A stretch of 64,000 bases of DNA from assembly GCF_016433145.1 (NCBI RefSeq), contig NC_058134.1, forward strand, positions 216,762,137 through 216,826,136. The letters run 5' to 3'. Source of the DNA: Gracilinanus agilis. Lineage: Eukaryota. The position numbers and the translations under genes are program-made. Each line of letters opens with the position of its first letter. The first letter of the stretch is position 1. The notes below the pieces were generated by a model. That model was not told where the DNA came from. It saw only the letters and a program-made list of their open reading frames with translations, and did not search any database. Below are positions 40,301-52,300 of this stretch, piece after piece.

Positions 40301-43300
40301 TGTGCGACTGGACGCTCACTGGACTGGGAGTCATCAGAGGTCATCTGATCCAATCCCCTCATTTCACTAATGAAAAAACTGAGGCCCAGAGATCAAGTGA
40401 TGTGCACACCACTAATGAGAATCTGAGGCAGGATTTAAACCCAGGTCTCTTCCTGACTCCTGAGTCTAGTCTCTTTCTTCGCTCTACAATTACTGCATAA
40501 TCTACAATTATTTGAGTAATGATTCTACTTATCCTTTGCCCAAGCTCTAGAGCAGGTGGGCTCCAGCTGGGCTTCCCTATCTTGGCCCTACTTATTAATC
40601 TCAGAACCCTAGGAATCCTCTCCTCCCCTCTGGCTCCCTCCTCTCCCTCCTCTCCCTCTCTCTCTCTTCTGGTTCCCTCCTCTCCCTCTTTCCTTTCCCC
40701 TTTTCTTCTTGCTCCCTCCTCTTCCTCTCCCTTCTCTCCCTCTCTCCTCTGTCTCTCTCCTTTCCCTCTCTGTCCCTTCTCTCCCTCTCTCTTCTCCTCT
40801 CCTTTCCCTTTTTCCTCTTGCTCCCTCCTCTCCCCTTTCTCTCTCCCTCTCTCTTTCTCTCCATTCCCTCTAGGTGGCACAATATAAAGAGTACTGGGCC
40901 TGGAGTCAGAAAGATCTGAGTTCAAATCCAGTGATGCCTCAGGGGCCACACTCACCCGGCTTATTGAGAAGGCACCTCAGCTCATACTCCACGTCAGCTT
41001 GGCGCTGCTCGAGGTTCTGCTGCTTGAAGCTGCCGGGGACAGAGAAGAATCCAAGAACTAGAGGGGGCTCCTGGCGGCAAGAACCCACAAGGGGCAAAAA
41101 TCTAGCAGGATTCTCTGCAAAGGCGGAGGACTACAGGCGTGCTGTATACGTTACTGTCTGGATACATGCATGAGCCACTTCTGTTGAAATGGTTCCTCAA
41201 TCCCTCTGTCCTGGCCCCTTTCTTTTTATTCTTTTTTCTTCCCCCTTTATTTATTTGTTTGTTTGTTTGTTTGATTGATTTATTTTTTAAACCCTTAACT
41301 TCTGTGTATTGGCTCCTTGGTGGAAGAGTGGTAAGGGTGGGCAATGGGGGTCAAGTGACTTGCCCAGGGTCATACAGCTGGGAAGGGTCTGAGTCCAGAT
41401 TTGAACCTAGGACCTCCTGTCTCTAAGCCTGACTCTCACTCCACTGAGCTACCCAGCTGCCCCTTTTTCTTCCCCCCTTTAAAAATCCTCATCTTCCATC
41501 TTAGAATCACTTCTTTGTATCAGTTCCAAGGCAGAAGAGCAGTAAGGGCTAGGCAATGGGGGTCAAGTAATTTTCAGAGGGTCATCCAGCTAGGATGTGT
41601 CTAAGGCCAGATTTGAACCCAGGACCTCCCGTCTGTAGGTCTGGAGCTCTTATACACTGAGCCACCAAGCTGCCCCGTCCCCCCTTTAGTCTTTGTTTCA
41701 AGACATAAGAAGCAAAGGATGTGGAATAGATGGAGAATCAGTGAGGAAGAACTGGGTTCAGGTCCCACCTCTGATACCTATTAGCAAGTCTCAACCTCCC
41801 AGGGCTCTGGGGAGAACTCTAAAGTTGCCCCAGATACTTCCTAGCTGTGTGACCCGGGGCCAGTCACTTCACCCCCATGGCCGAGCCCCCTGACCGCTCT
41901 TCTGCCTTGGAACCAATACGCAGCACTGATTCTAAGATGGAAGAGAAGGATTAAAAACATTTTCCTGAGAGCAGAGACATGAAGAGATAAGAGAGAGAGC
42001 CACAGAAATGAAGGCAGAGGCAGAGATCTGCCGTCTCTCCTTGGGTCTCTCTCTCGGCAGACAGAGATCTCTCTGGCCTCTGCGGGAGGCCACCGTCAGG
42101 GAACTCACATGTAGATGAGCTCCGATTCCCGCCGCACCAGCATGTGTTTCTCGTGGATGAGCTTGAACCAGTCCACCAGAAGGTCGTCCTCGCGGCCATC
42201 TGCAAGCAGAAACCCATCCTGAGCCCGGCGGGAGGCGGGGATGCTCCCAGGCCGGAGGTGGGCAGGCGCCTGGGGCCAGGGAGGCTGGGATTCTCTCCGG
42301 GAGGGAAGGGGAGCAGCGGCCTCCCCCCCCCCCCCCCCACAGAATGGAGCCGCTCTTCCTTGCCCCAGGCCGGACCATAGGTCAAGGCTGGCAGGAGGGG
42401 CTCCGGGAAGCGCCACGTACCATTCTCCCCGCTGCGCAGCTTCTCCTCCAGGGCCACTCCGCGATGCTCCAGCTGGTCCAGCTGCCGCTCAATGACGTCC
42501 ATCTCCCCATAGAGATCCTCCTCTGGGATGTACTGGTCAGCCTGGACCTGCCCAAAAGGCATCCCGGTGAGGACCCAGGCAGGGGCCGGGGGGCAGGACG
42601 GGGAGCCCTTCTCTGGCTAGTCACTGACTGCCTGGACAAGGGAGCCCTGGGAGCCAGCCCGGGCTGGGGAAGCTCCTCCACGAGATCAGAGCGAGCCTGG
42701 CCACCCCAGGTAGCCCACCCTGAGAGCATCCTTACAGAGGAGGAGGAGACAGGAGAAAAAGTGAGAGGCAGCATGGGCCGCTGGAGAGAGGGAGCTGGCC
42801 CCTGAGGCAGGGAGACCCGAGTTCAAATCTTGCTTCCAGAACATTTAGCAGCTGGGTGGCCCACGAGCCAGAGCTGACCCTGCAGGGCTGGTCTCCCCCA
42901 ACAAGACTGGGAGTGGGGACTGGCTGTCTCATTTTTTCTAACTGTATCCGCAGGGCCCAGCACAGTGCTAGGCACATGCTAAGAGCTTAATGAATGCTCT
43001 TTCATCTATTCATCCCTGTTTCAGTCCAGGTTGGCCCGAATAGACTCTGAGGCCAACCTCCAGGCCTGTGACTGCAATGTGTGTACAGAGGACCCCAAGA
43101 GGACGGGAGGCAGGGGATGAGTCAAAGGCCGCAGGGGGACCCCAGCTGGTACCTTTCGTTTGATGAGTGGGAAACCGTGCCCAGGGGCAGGCGGCCGCAC
43201 CGGCTTGAACCCTTTCTGGCTTTTCTTCATCGTTGGGGAGGCCATGGGTGATGCCTTCCGATTAAAGGGGTTCTCTTTGCAGGAGGACTACAGCAATCAG

Positions 43301-46300
43301 AGGAGAGAAGGGGTGAAGTTGGAGTGGCAGAGACCAGGGAGACAACTATAAACAACTGACTTTCCCTTTGGGGAAAGATCTGGTGTTATTTTCCTAAAGA
43401 ACAAATCTGACCAGGTCACTCCCCTCCTCAGTAAGCTGCAGGGGCTCCCTACTACCCCTGGGATCAACTCTCATCTCTTCTGTGTGCCATTAAAAGCCCT
43501 TCTCCATCTGACTCCAACCCACCTTTCTAGCCCTCATCAGACATTCCTCCCCTTTGCCACACTTTCATGTGCCGGCCAGACTGGCCTGCTTGCTGTCAGC
43601 TGCTCAAAGCCCTCCCTCCTCTCCCATCTCTGCTTCTGCTCAGGCTGACCCCACCCCTGGAACGCTTTCCTCTCCCTCCTCTTCCCCTAAGCTTCTCGGA
43701 ACCCCTCGTTCCTTTCCAAAGCTCAGGTAATTCCTGATCCCCCTTAGCCCAGCGAGCACTTTCCCCCCAGGAGAGCGCTCATTCATTCATCTGTGCATTG
43801 GGCATATTCTTTCTAAGCATCCCGTGTCTCCTGAGAGAATGGCAGTTCCTTAAGGGCAGGAACTATTCAGATAGAACTATTCTATCCCCAGCACCCAACA
43901 CAGAGCTTGACATACAGCAGAAGCTTAAGAAATGTTCATGGATCCACTGTTCAAAGTCACCCAGGTAGGAGGGCTTTAGGACGAGAAAGCAGGAAAGCCC
44001 CAATGGGAATCTGGTCTTTGGACTGCAAATGGCGCACTCGCTCTTCTGAGCTGCAGATGGAGGTGGGGGGCTCCATCACTAATGAGGGAGCCCCTTTGGG
44101 TTCAAACAACCAGCTCCTCCAGCCCCTCTAAAATTCTGCCTCAGTTTCCTCAACTGTAAAATGAAATTATACTAATACCTACCTCCCAGGGTTGCTTTGA
44201 AGATCAAATGAAATAATGTCAAGCTCTTAGCACAGTGTCTAGCACATAGTAGGTACTTAAATGAATCCTTCTTACTTTCCTTCTTCCCTCTTTTCATTCC
44301 TTCTTTCCCTTCTCCATTCTTTCCTTGCTTCCCTCCTTCCTTCCTAAAGCCATGGGTTATGGTTGAACCACCTATTACTGGGCAGAAGAAGGCCTCCTAC
44401 ACAGGAGCATAGAAAATCTGGGCCTGGCCTTTAGAACAAGGGAAGGAATGAGGAATTAAAGTCAGAGGACTTCTGTGACTTTGGGCAAGTCTCTTTCCAT
44501 AGCCTGGGCCTCAGTTTCTCCAACTGTAAATGGAGGATGGACCACGATGTCCTTCCAAGCTCACTCTGTTTGGGATCCTACTAATACTATAGGGGTGATC
44601 CTCACTGGGCCTCAGTTTCCCCCTCTGTAAAATGAGGAGATTGGCTTCTCTGATCTCCAAGGTCACTTCTAGATCAGTGACTCTGACCCACGAAGGCAGA
44701 GGGAAAGGATAGCTGCCCATCATGCATTTCTCAGGGCAAGGTGCCAAGTTGGGGGCCTAACCTGATCCTGCACAGCTTTCAGAATCAGGCACCAGGCCCC
44801 CCCCAGACTCGTGCCCTGCCTCCTTCCCCCACCCCAGGCTCCTGTGACCCAGGGAGTGGCCCTTGGCAGCTATCAGCGCCACCTGGCCCAAGGGAGCACT
44901 GCCACTGCCAGGGGAAGGCATCGCTGCCGCTGGGCTGCTCGTGTCCATATTGTCTGACCACTTTCCAAGTGCAGTCAACCAAGGCCTCCTGAGGAGGCCC
45001 TAATGAGCAGCTCCCTGCAGGCTCCCTCAGGGCCTCTTTGAGACAGGAATCCGGCCTCCGTGAGCCCCGCTGGCCCAGGGAAGGGAAGGGGAGGAGAGGA
45101 GGGAGGAGAGGAAGGAGCACAGGAGGGAGTGCAGGAGGGAGGGAAGGAAGGAAGCCCGGCGTGCCAAGGGCTCATGACTGCATCACACCAGGAGAGGACA
45201 AGCAGAGGAAGCTGGGGTGTCCCAGGGCAAGAGGGAGGGGCCAAGGCAGCATTTGATCTTGAGGATCTGGGACCTCCTATGGCTTGGGGTAGGCGGGGGT
45301 GGCTTCTGGCTGCCTCCACCCACCATCCTGCTCCTCTCCCCCCCCCCCAAGGCTAAATCTCATCCCTGCACCGTCCCCAGGTCCACCTTGTAGGTCCTAC
45401 TAGCATTTAGCCCCATCTCCAGGTGCCACGAGGGCTCTGTTCCCTGGCCCAGGCAAGGGGAGCCACAGGGATCTGGCTCCAGTGCTTGGCCCTCTGTCCC
45501 CATCCAGCATCCAGACCCGCCATCCAGCAGAGCTCCCTGCTCTAGTTTTCCCCCGGCCAGCAGGGAGCTCTTTACATGGCACTGACCCCAGAGGGGAGCC
45601 AGGAAAGGGCACACAGACGGCCCCAAAGAGCCTCTCATGGTTGTCCAAAGCTCCCTGACTCCTCCGCTTGGGATCCTGGGCAAGTCCCTCCATCTCTAGG
45701 CCACAGCTGCTCTGGAACTCTAGGGGGGAGATACCTGTACTAACCACCTCCTAGAGGGCATGTCCAACCAGGTCACCCCTACTCTAGAAATCCTAGGAGC
45801 TCCTTATGGCCTCTAGGAGCAAAGGCAAAAATCCTCTGCTTGGCATTCAAAGGCCTCCAGAACCCGGCCCCCTCCTACGCTCCAGGCTTCTTATATCTCC
45901 CTCCCAGACCCAGATCCAGACTCTTTGATCCAGAGTGAGATCGAGGAAGGGAAGGAGAGAGGGAGACAAAGGTAGAGACAAAGAGACAGAGGAGGCACAG
46001 AGAGAGTAAACAGAGACAGAAAGGAGGAAGGAGAAAGAAAGAGAAGGGAAGGGACAAAGAAGGAGAGGGAGAGGAAGGGAGAGGGAGGGAGGGAAGGAGA
46101 AAAACAGGCCAAAAAAACCAGAGAGTCAACAGAGAAAAACAGAGAGAGACAGAGAGAAGAGGAAGGAGAAAGAAAGAGACAGAAAGGAGAGAGAGGGGGG
46201 CAGCTAGGTGGCTCAGTGGATAGAGAGCCAGACCTAGAGATGGGAGGTCCTGGATTCAAATCTGGCCCCAGACACTTCCTAGCTGGGTGACCCTGGGCAA

Positions 46301-49300
46301 GTCACTTGACCCCCATTGCCTAGCCCTGACCACTCTTCTGCCTTGGAGCCAATACACAGTATTGAGTCCAAGAGAGAAGGGAAGGGTTTTAAAAAAAAGA
46401 GAGAAGCAAAAAGAATGAAAAAGGGAAAAGAGGGAGGAAGAAAGATGGAGACAAGAAATAGAGACAAAGACAGAGGCAGAGGAGGAGAGAGAGGAGGAAT
46501 GAGAAAGAGAGGAGTTACTATTGACCTTGAGCACTCAATTACTTCAGCAGCCTGAGGCTCAGTTTCCCTCTCTGTAAAAACACAGGATGGTTGAGATCCC
46601 CCTCCACAACACACTATGCACCCCAGACCTTTTCTTGGTGTTTACTTGTGATTTCCCCCAGGATAGGAAACTCCTGGGGCACAGAGAGATTACATGACCA
46701 GCCCAGGGCTCTGGCCAGTTTGTGTCTGGCCCTCTACCCGAGTCCACCACATTTTCTGCCCTGGCCCCATCATGGCCAGAAAACAGCAGAAAAGGCCCAG
46801 GCCAGAACTCAAACTCTGGGGCTGGCGCCCCCTTTCCCAGGATCTTAGAGCCTCAGGTGCTTCCCCTACAAAACGGGAATCACGTCCTCGGTGCCCACCA
46901 TCACAGCCCTGCGCAGCCCTCCTCAGGGTCCCCCCAGCACAGCCCAGTCAGGATGCCACCTGCCACTTGCAACAGTCAAGGCGTCCCGGAGCCCTTTACA
47001 GGCCGTACTCGTGTGGCCCTCACGACAGGCGTGAGACGGGCTTACGGTGTCACGGGCCGCTTCACAGACGAGGAAACGAGAGGCCCAAGGCCGAGGCCAG
47101 ACTCCCGGCTCGCCATTCCGCCCGCTTTCTGGCCGGTGGCTGCTAGGGCGGAGGGAGGGGACGAGTGGCCAGAGCCGTTACTCACCTTCACGTGCAGCTG
47201 GGGGGACGGGGGGTTCCTCTCTCTGGCCAGCAGGAGCGGGGTGGGGGCAGCCCCGGCACAGGGCTTGGCGGGCTGTGGGCCCAGGTCTCCCTTGGTCTGG
47301 CCAGCAGACGGGCTGGGGCTGGCTCGGTCTGGGCCAGGCTGGCCTAGCTCTTCAGAGGAGGAGAGGGACGAGGCGGCTGAGAGGCTGGGGGGGGGCCCAG
47401 GGGCATGGACAGTGGGCTCAGAGGAGCTCTTGGGCACTGCCGCAGGAGGCTCCAGCTCGCCAGGAGCCAGAACGGAGCCCTCTGAGGAGAGGCTCTCCAC
47501 ACTGAGGGCTGGCGACGGGGTTGAAGAGGGTGGCTCCGAGTGCGAGAGTCGAGGGGCAGGGAGTCGGGAGGGGTGCAGAGCTGTGGGGACGAAGAGAGAT
47601 GGGTGAGCGGGGAGAACACCTAGAACCTTTGAAGGGCAGCCTGATACAGTGGGACCTCTTATTGTATACTTAAAAGTCTAGAACAGGGGGACAGCTGGGG
47701 GGCTCAGTGGATGGAGAGCCAGGCCTAGAGACAGGAAGTCCTGGGTTCAAATCTGACCTCAGACACTTCCTAGCTGGGTGACCTTGGGTGAGTCACTTGA
47801 CCCCCATTGCCTACCCTTACCACTCTTCTGCTGATACTTGGCATCAATTCTAAGATAGAAGGTAAGAGGTTTTTTAAATGAAAATAAATAAATAAAAATT
47901 GCTCCCTGTCCCCCTCCCCCAAGCCCCTCACACTTCAGGAAAGAGTCGGAGAAAGGCTCAGATGAGAAAAGAACGGAAGCCAAGGGGAAGCAGGAGGAGG
48001 CTGCTCACCAAGGGGGGAGGCGCTGGGTGCTCGGGGAGCTGGTCGCTTCTTGGTCCGGGGGCTGCTGGTGGGGGTGATGCCGTACCAGGGATGCAGCGTC
48101 TTCGGGGCCTGCTCTGGGGCAGGCGCGGGCGGAGTGGCTGCTTCTTCCTCATCTTCCTCATCCTCGAAGGGGTTATAAGGCTTGGGCTCTTGAGCAGCTG
48201 GTAGGCTCTCCTGCTCCGGCCCCGGGTTTGACTCTCCTCGGTTCTCTTCTTCCTCTGCGGCCCGGGAGGGAGTCTCGGGGCGGCTTCCAGGGGGCTGAGG
48301 GGCTGGCTTCTTCTTGGGTTCTGCTTGTACCAGGGTGATCCACGGCGGGTCCTTCTTCTTGGGAGCTATAGCTCTGGAGGAAGCAGAAAGCAACCCATCC
48401 ATTGAGCAACATTTATTAAATACCTACTATGTACCAAGCACTAAGAACACAAACATAGAAAGAGGAGATGAGGTCCCTGCCCTCATGGAGCTAACTTTCT
48501 ATTGTGAGAGATATATAAATAATTATATACACACACAGAACATCAGAGGCCTCATGGTGTAGTCTGGCCTCAGAGCCACAGAGAACTGAGTTCAAGTTCA
48601 GTATCTAGCATGCATAGGCTGTGTGACCCTGGGCAAGTCACTTAACTCCTTACCCTAGGTACCTCTCCAAGACTGTTCAAGTCACAAAGGAGGCACTGAC
48701 CTGCTTTGGAACAATGGATTCTCTCCCCTGGGATACCACAAAGTCACAGACCCAGTCCCTATCCCCACCTAGAACAGACACAAAGCAATACTAGATAAAT
48801 GGAAAGGAAGGTCCAATGAGTAGCTTGGGTGAGGGAGAGGGGCTTGGAAAAGCCCCTGAGCTGCATCTGGAAGGAAATCAAGGCATCTACAAGGTGGAGG
48901 TGAGGAAGCAGCGCCTGGGGGCCAGACCCTGTTGAGGCATGGAGGTGGGAGATAACTGGGCGAGTGAGGAAGAGCTTGGAGGGCAGGCTTGTAGAGCTCT
49001 TAATGCCCATCTCATCCTGGAGGAAGGGAGGCACAAGAAGCAGAGGCCCAATTAGGTAACTAAGAGAAGAAAGAAAGAGATGAGGCCTGGAGGCCTCCTG
49101 CTCCTCGCACTCACAGTGGGTGACTGGTCCAGCTTGTGCCCACAGTAGGAATCCTCTTTCCCCCTCTCCTCCCTGACATCTTAATGGTCATCCGGCTTGG
49201 TCTGCAAGTCTTCTGGACCTCTCACTGGCAGGAAATTCTATCTGCTATCAAGCTGAAATCTGACTCTGAGGTAGCTTCCCCCGATGACTCCTGGTTCCCT

Positions 49301-52300
49301 CCTCTGGGGCAGAATGCTGCCTCCTCAAGATGTCCTTTCATGTGATCAAAGACGGCTGGACCGAGCCCTTCCTGAGCCTAAACAGCCCTAGTTCCTTCAA
49401 CCAATCCTCCAGTCCCCCACTAGGCTGGCCTCTGCGGGACTCTGTCCCACTTGGGGAAGCCTTCCAAGGAGGCAAACAAACAGCTGCCCCCTCCCCACCA
49501 CTTGCCACCACCCTGAGCCCAGACGCCTGCCTCTTGTGGGCACACCTATCCCTCCCCACTGACACAGGCCCAAAGCCTCTATATCTTCAGGAGGAGCTGA
49601 GGCCAGAGGACAGGAGGGTCCATCGCAGGGCCTGAACCACAAGTCTACTTGCCTGCCAGCTTGAATCCAGTGACTGATACAGAGGCCAGTGGCCGGGCCC
49701 TTTAGCAGGCTCAATGTGGGCAGCCAGGCTGGCACGGCGGCCCTCCTTCCCAGCTGGGTTTTCTGTGTCTCCCAAATGAGCCTGGCCCTTGAAGTTCAAC
49801 AGACATGAGAAGGAAATGGTGCCAGGCTCCCTTTTCCCTCCACTGTCTCCTAGAGACTCGGGAGGCCTGGAGCCCACTGAGAGGAGAAGGGCGGCACGCT
49901 TTGGCTGTTCTCCATCTCTCCCAGCTCCCAGTTTGGAAAGGCCCAAGGGGTCAGGGCAGCCACCGCAGGGACCGTTTCCTTTTGCAAGTCGATCGCTCGG
50001 GGGGACGGGGGAGAGAACATACCGATCTGAGGCCTTGGGTGTTCCTCTCGGTTTGGGGACCGGGGGGCTGGATTCGTGCAACCTTCCTAGATGGGGAGTA
50101 AGAAAGAGACAGGCATTCATTGGGACCAGTGAGTGGTTCCCCCCTCCCCCCCACAAGTGACCAAGAAGCCTGGGGTTCCCGGGGAGGGGGACTCTCAGTC
50201 CCTGTGAGGTCACAGGCTCAGATCACCATAGTAACTCGTGGTCTGCCAAGGATGGGTACCCCCCCACCCCAATTCACAGCTAGGCCACCAGGACAAAGAG
50301 AGGGCACATGGAGATTCTGGGATACCTCCAAACTTCATCTCCATTTCAAATGAGAATTGAAATCTGGGTCCCGGGTACTTAGAGGCATCAGATTTTAACT
50401 CACCGTCCATCCCCACCCCCAACTCTAAAGAGAAACTCTGGGGATTCAGTGTCCTAGTTTAGCTCCCGGGTGGGGAGGGGTGGTGGTGAATTCTGTCTCC
50501 CCGTCTCCCCTGCCTCGCTCCCTGCGCTGTTCTCTCTATTCAGGGCCCCTGAGGAGGAGGGCGCTCGCCGGGATGTACCCCAACCCCGGCCACCAGAAGG
50601 GACTGACTGGAGAAAACACTTTGAGTGAAAAAGCTCCAGGACCCCAAATCCTGCCACGCTGCTAGGGCAGGGGATTCGGTAAGAGAATGGCCTTCTCTGT
50701 GGGCATCATCCCAGTCTTTGAGACAAACGAGGCTATGGACATTGGAGGAAAATCAGGATCGGAGACTTCAGAGGGCATCTCCCGCAGCCCTCTCCCTCTG
50801 GAGATGACTGAGAGGAACCTGAACCCCCGGAGGTGAAGTGGCTGACCCAAGGTCACACAGGTAAGGGGCAGGGGCAGCCTCAGTCTTCTTAGGACAAACC
50901 CAGCCTTTCTAGCACACTGACGTCAGGACCTAAGGACCGAGGCTAGAGCTTTGGAGTAGGGAAGCCCTGGGTCAAAGGCCTGCCTCTTGATACAGTGACT
51001 GAGGGGTCCTAGACCAGTCACTTTGTCTTGTAACCCTTTGTAAGGCCACTCAGAACCTCTCAATTCCCCAAGCAATGTCCTAAGTCTATGCAGTGCAGGG
51101 CAAATGCCCATCAGCGGAGGGAGAGCCAACTTCCTTACCAGGATCTCCCCCCTTCCCCCCAAAATGGCAGCCAGGCCCAGGCCCTTAGGCTCCAGCAACC
51201 CAAAGACATGAAAAGGAAGAAAGAAGCCCCCCAAATCCCAGCCCGGGGAGTAGCATGACCTGAGGGTCACTGGTGAGAACTTAGAAGATGCCAGTGGATG
51301 CCAAGGCTTCCCTGGCTCCTCCTGGTCCATGGCTCCTACTATTGGGCCCTGGAGGAAGGGCTGGAGAAGAGCAGGAAGAGAAAAGTCAGCGTGAGCCTCT
51401 CTGCAAAGACAGTGGAGGAGGGAGAGAGCTCCAGGCCAGGAGACCCCGAGTTACCACAGGCTGTCAGTGAGTGCCTCTTCTGGTTGAGGAAGGAGCTGGG
51501 AGGGCAGCCAGCCTTCCCGGCCCATAGTCTACACAAGCCTGTGATCCTGCCTGGGCAACCCGGGGCAAGACATGGCCAATCTGGGCTGTGGTTTTGTCAT
51601 CTGTAAAATGGGGATGGGCTGGTGGGAAGAGGCTGATTTGTTCCTTCATTCCACAAGCCTCTCTTAAGGAGCTGCTAGGCCCACTGCTAGACACTGGGGA
51701 CACAGAAACAAGGAAAACAATCCGTGGCCCGCAAGGACATACAGATGGGGATACAACCAGTATCTGTAGAACTAAGCACAGAGCATATGCTAAGTGATAC
51801 AAGAAAATTTAGGGGCGGAGATAGAGAGAAGAGTTAACTGGAGGTGGCTGGGTGGTTCAGTGGATAGAGTAGTGGGTCTGGAGTCTGGAAGACCTGGGTT
51901 CAAATCTGACCACAAACACCAGTTGGGTGACCTTGGGAAAGTCACTTCACCTCTGTGTGCCTTAATTTCCTCAATTGGAAAACAGAGATCATAATAGCAC
52001 CTACCTCCAAAAGTATGAGACAAGATTTGTTAAGTCCTTACCACAGTGCCTGGCATAGTAGGTGCCATAGAAAAGCTTGCTTCCTTCCTTCTTCCCTCTT
52101 GGAGGGAATCAGGAAAGACTGTGAAACAAGGACAATGTGGGTTCAAATCCTATCCCAGACGCTGACTTCCTTGTGTGATATTGGGCATGGCACTTAAATT
52201 TCCCCTTCTAGCTCTAAGTCTAAGATACTGAGCCTCCCTGGGCCTCAGTTTCCCCTTCTATTAAGTGAAAGGGTTCTAGAAGGCCTCAAAGGTTCCTTCC

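Noticed and set aside
40359-40955. 198-aa Glu/Arg/Gly-rich ORF
   Set aside because: Low-complexity CT tract plus SINE sequence
46722-47606. 294-aa plus-strand ORF
   Set aside because: Antisense shadow of MICALL1 exon 9 extended through GC-rich intron and repeat sequence
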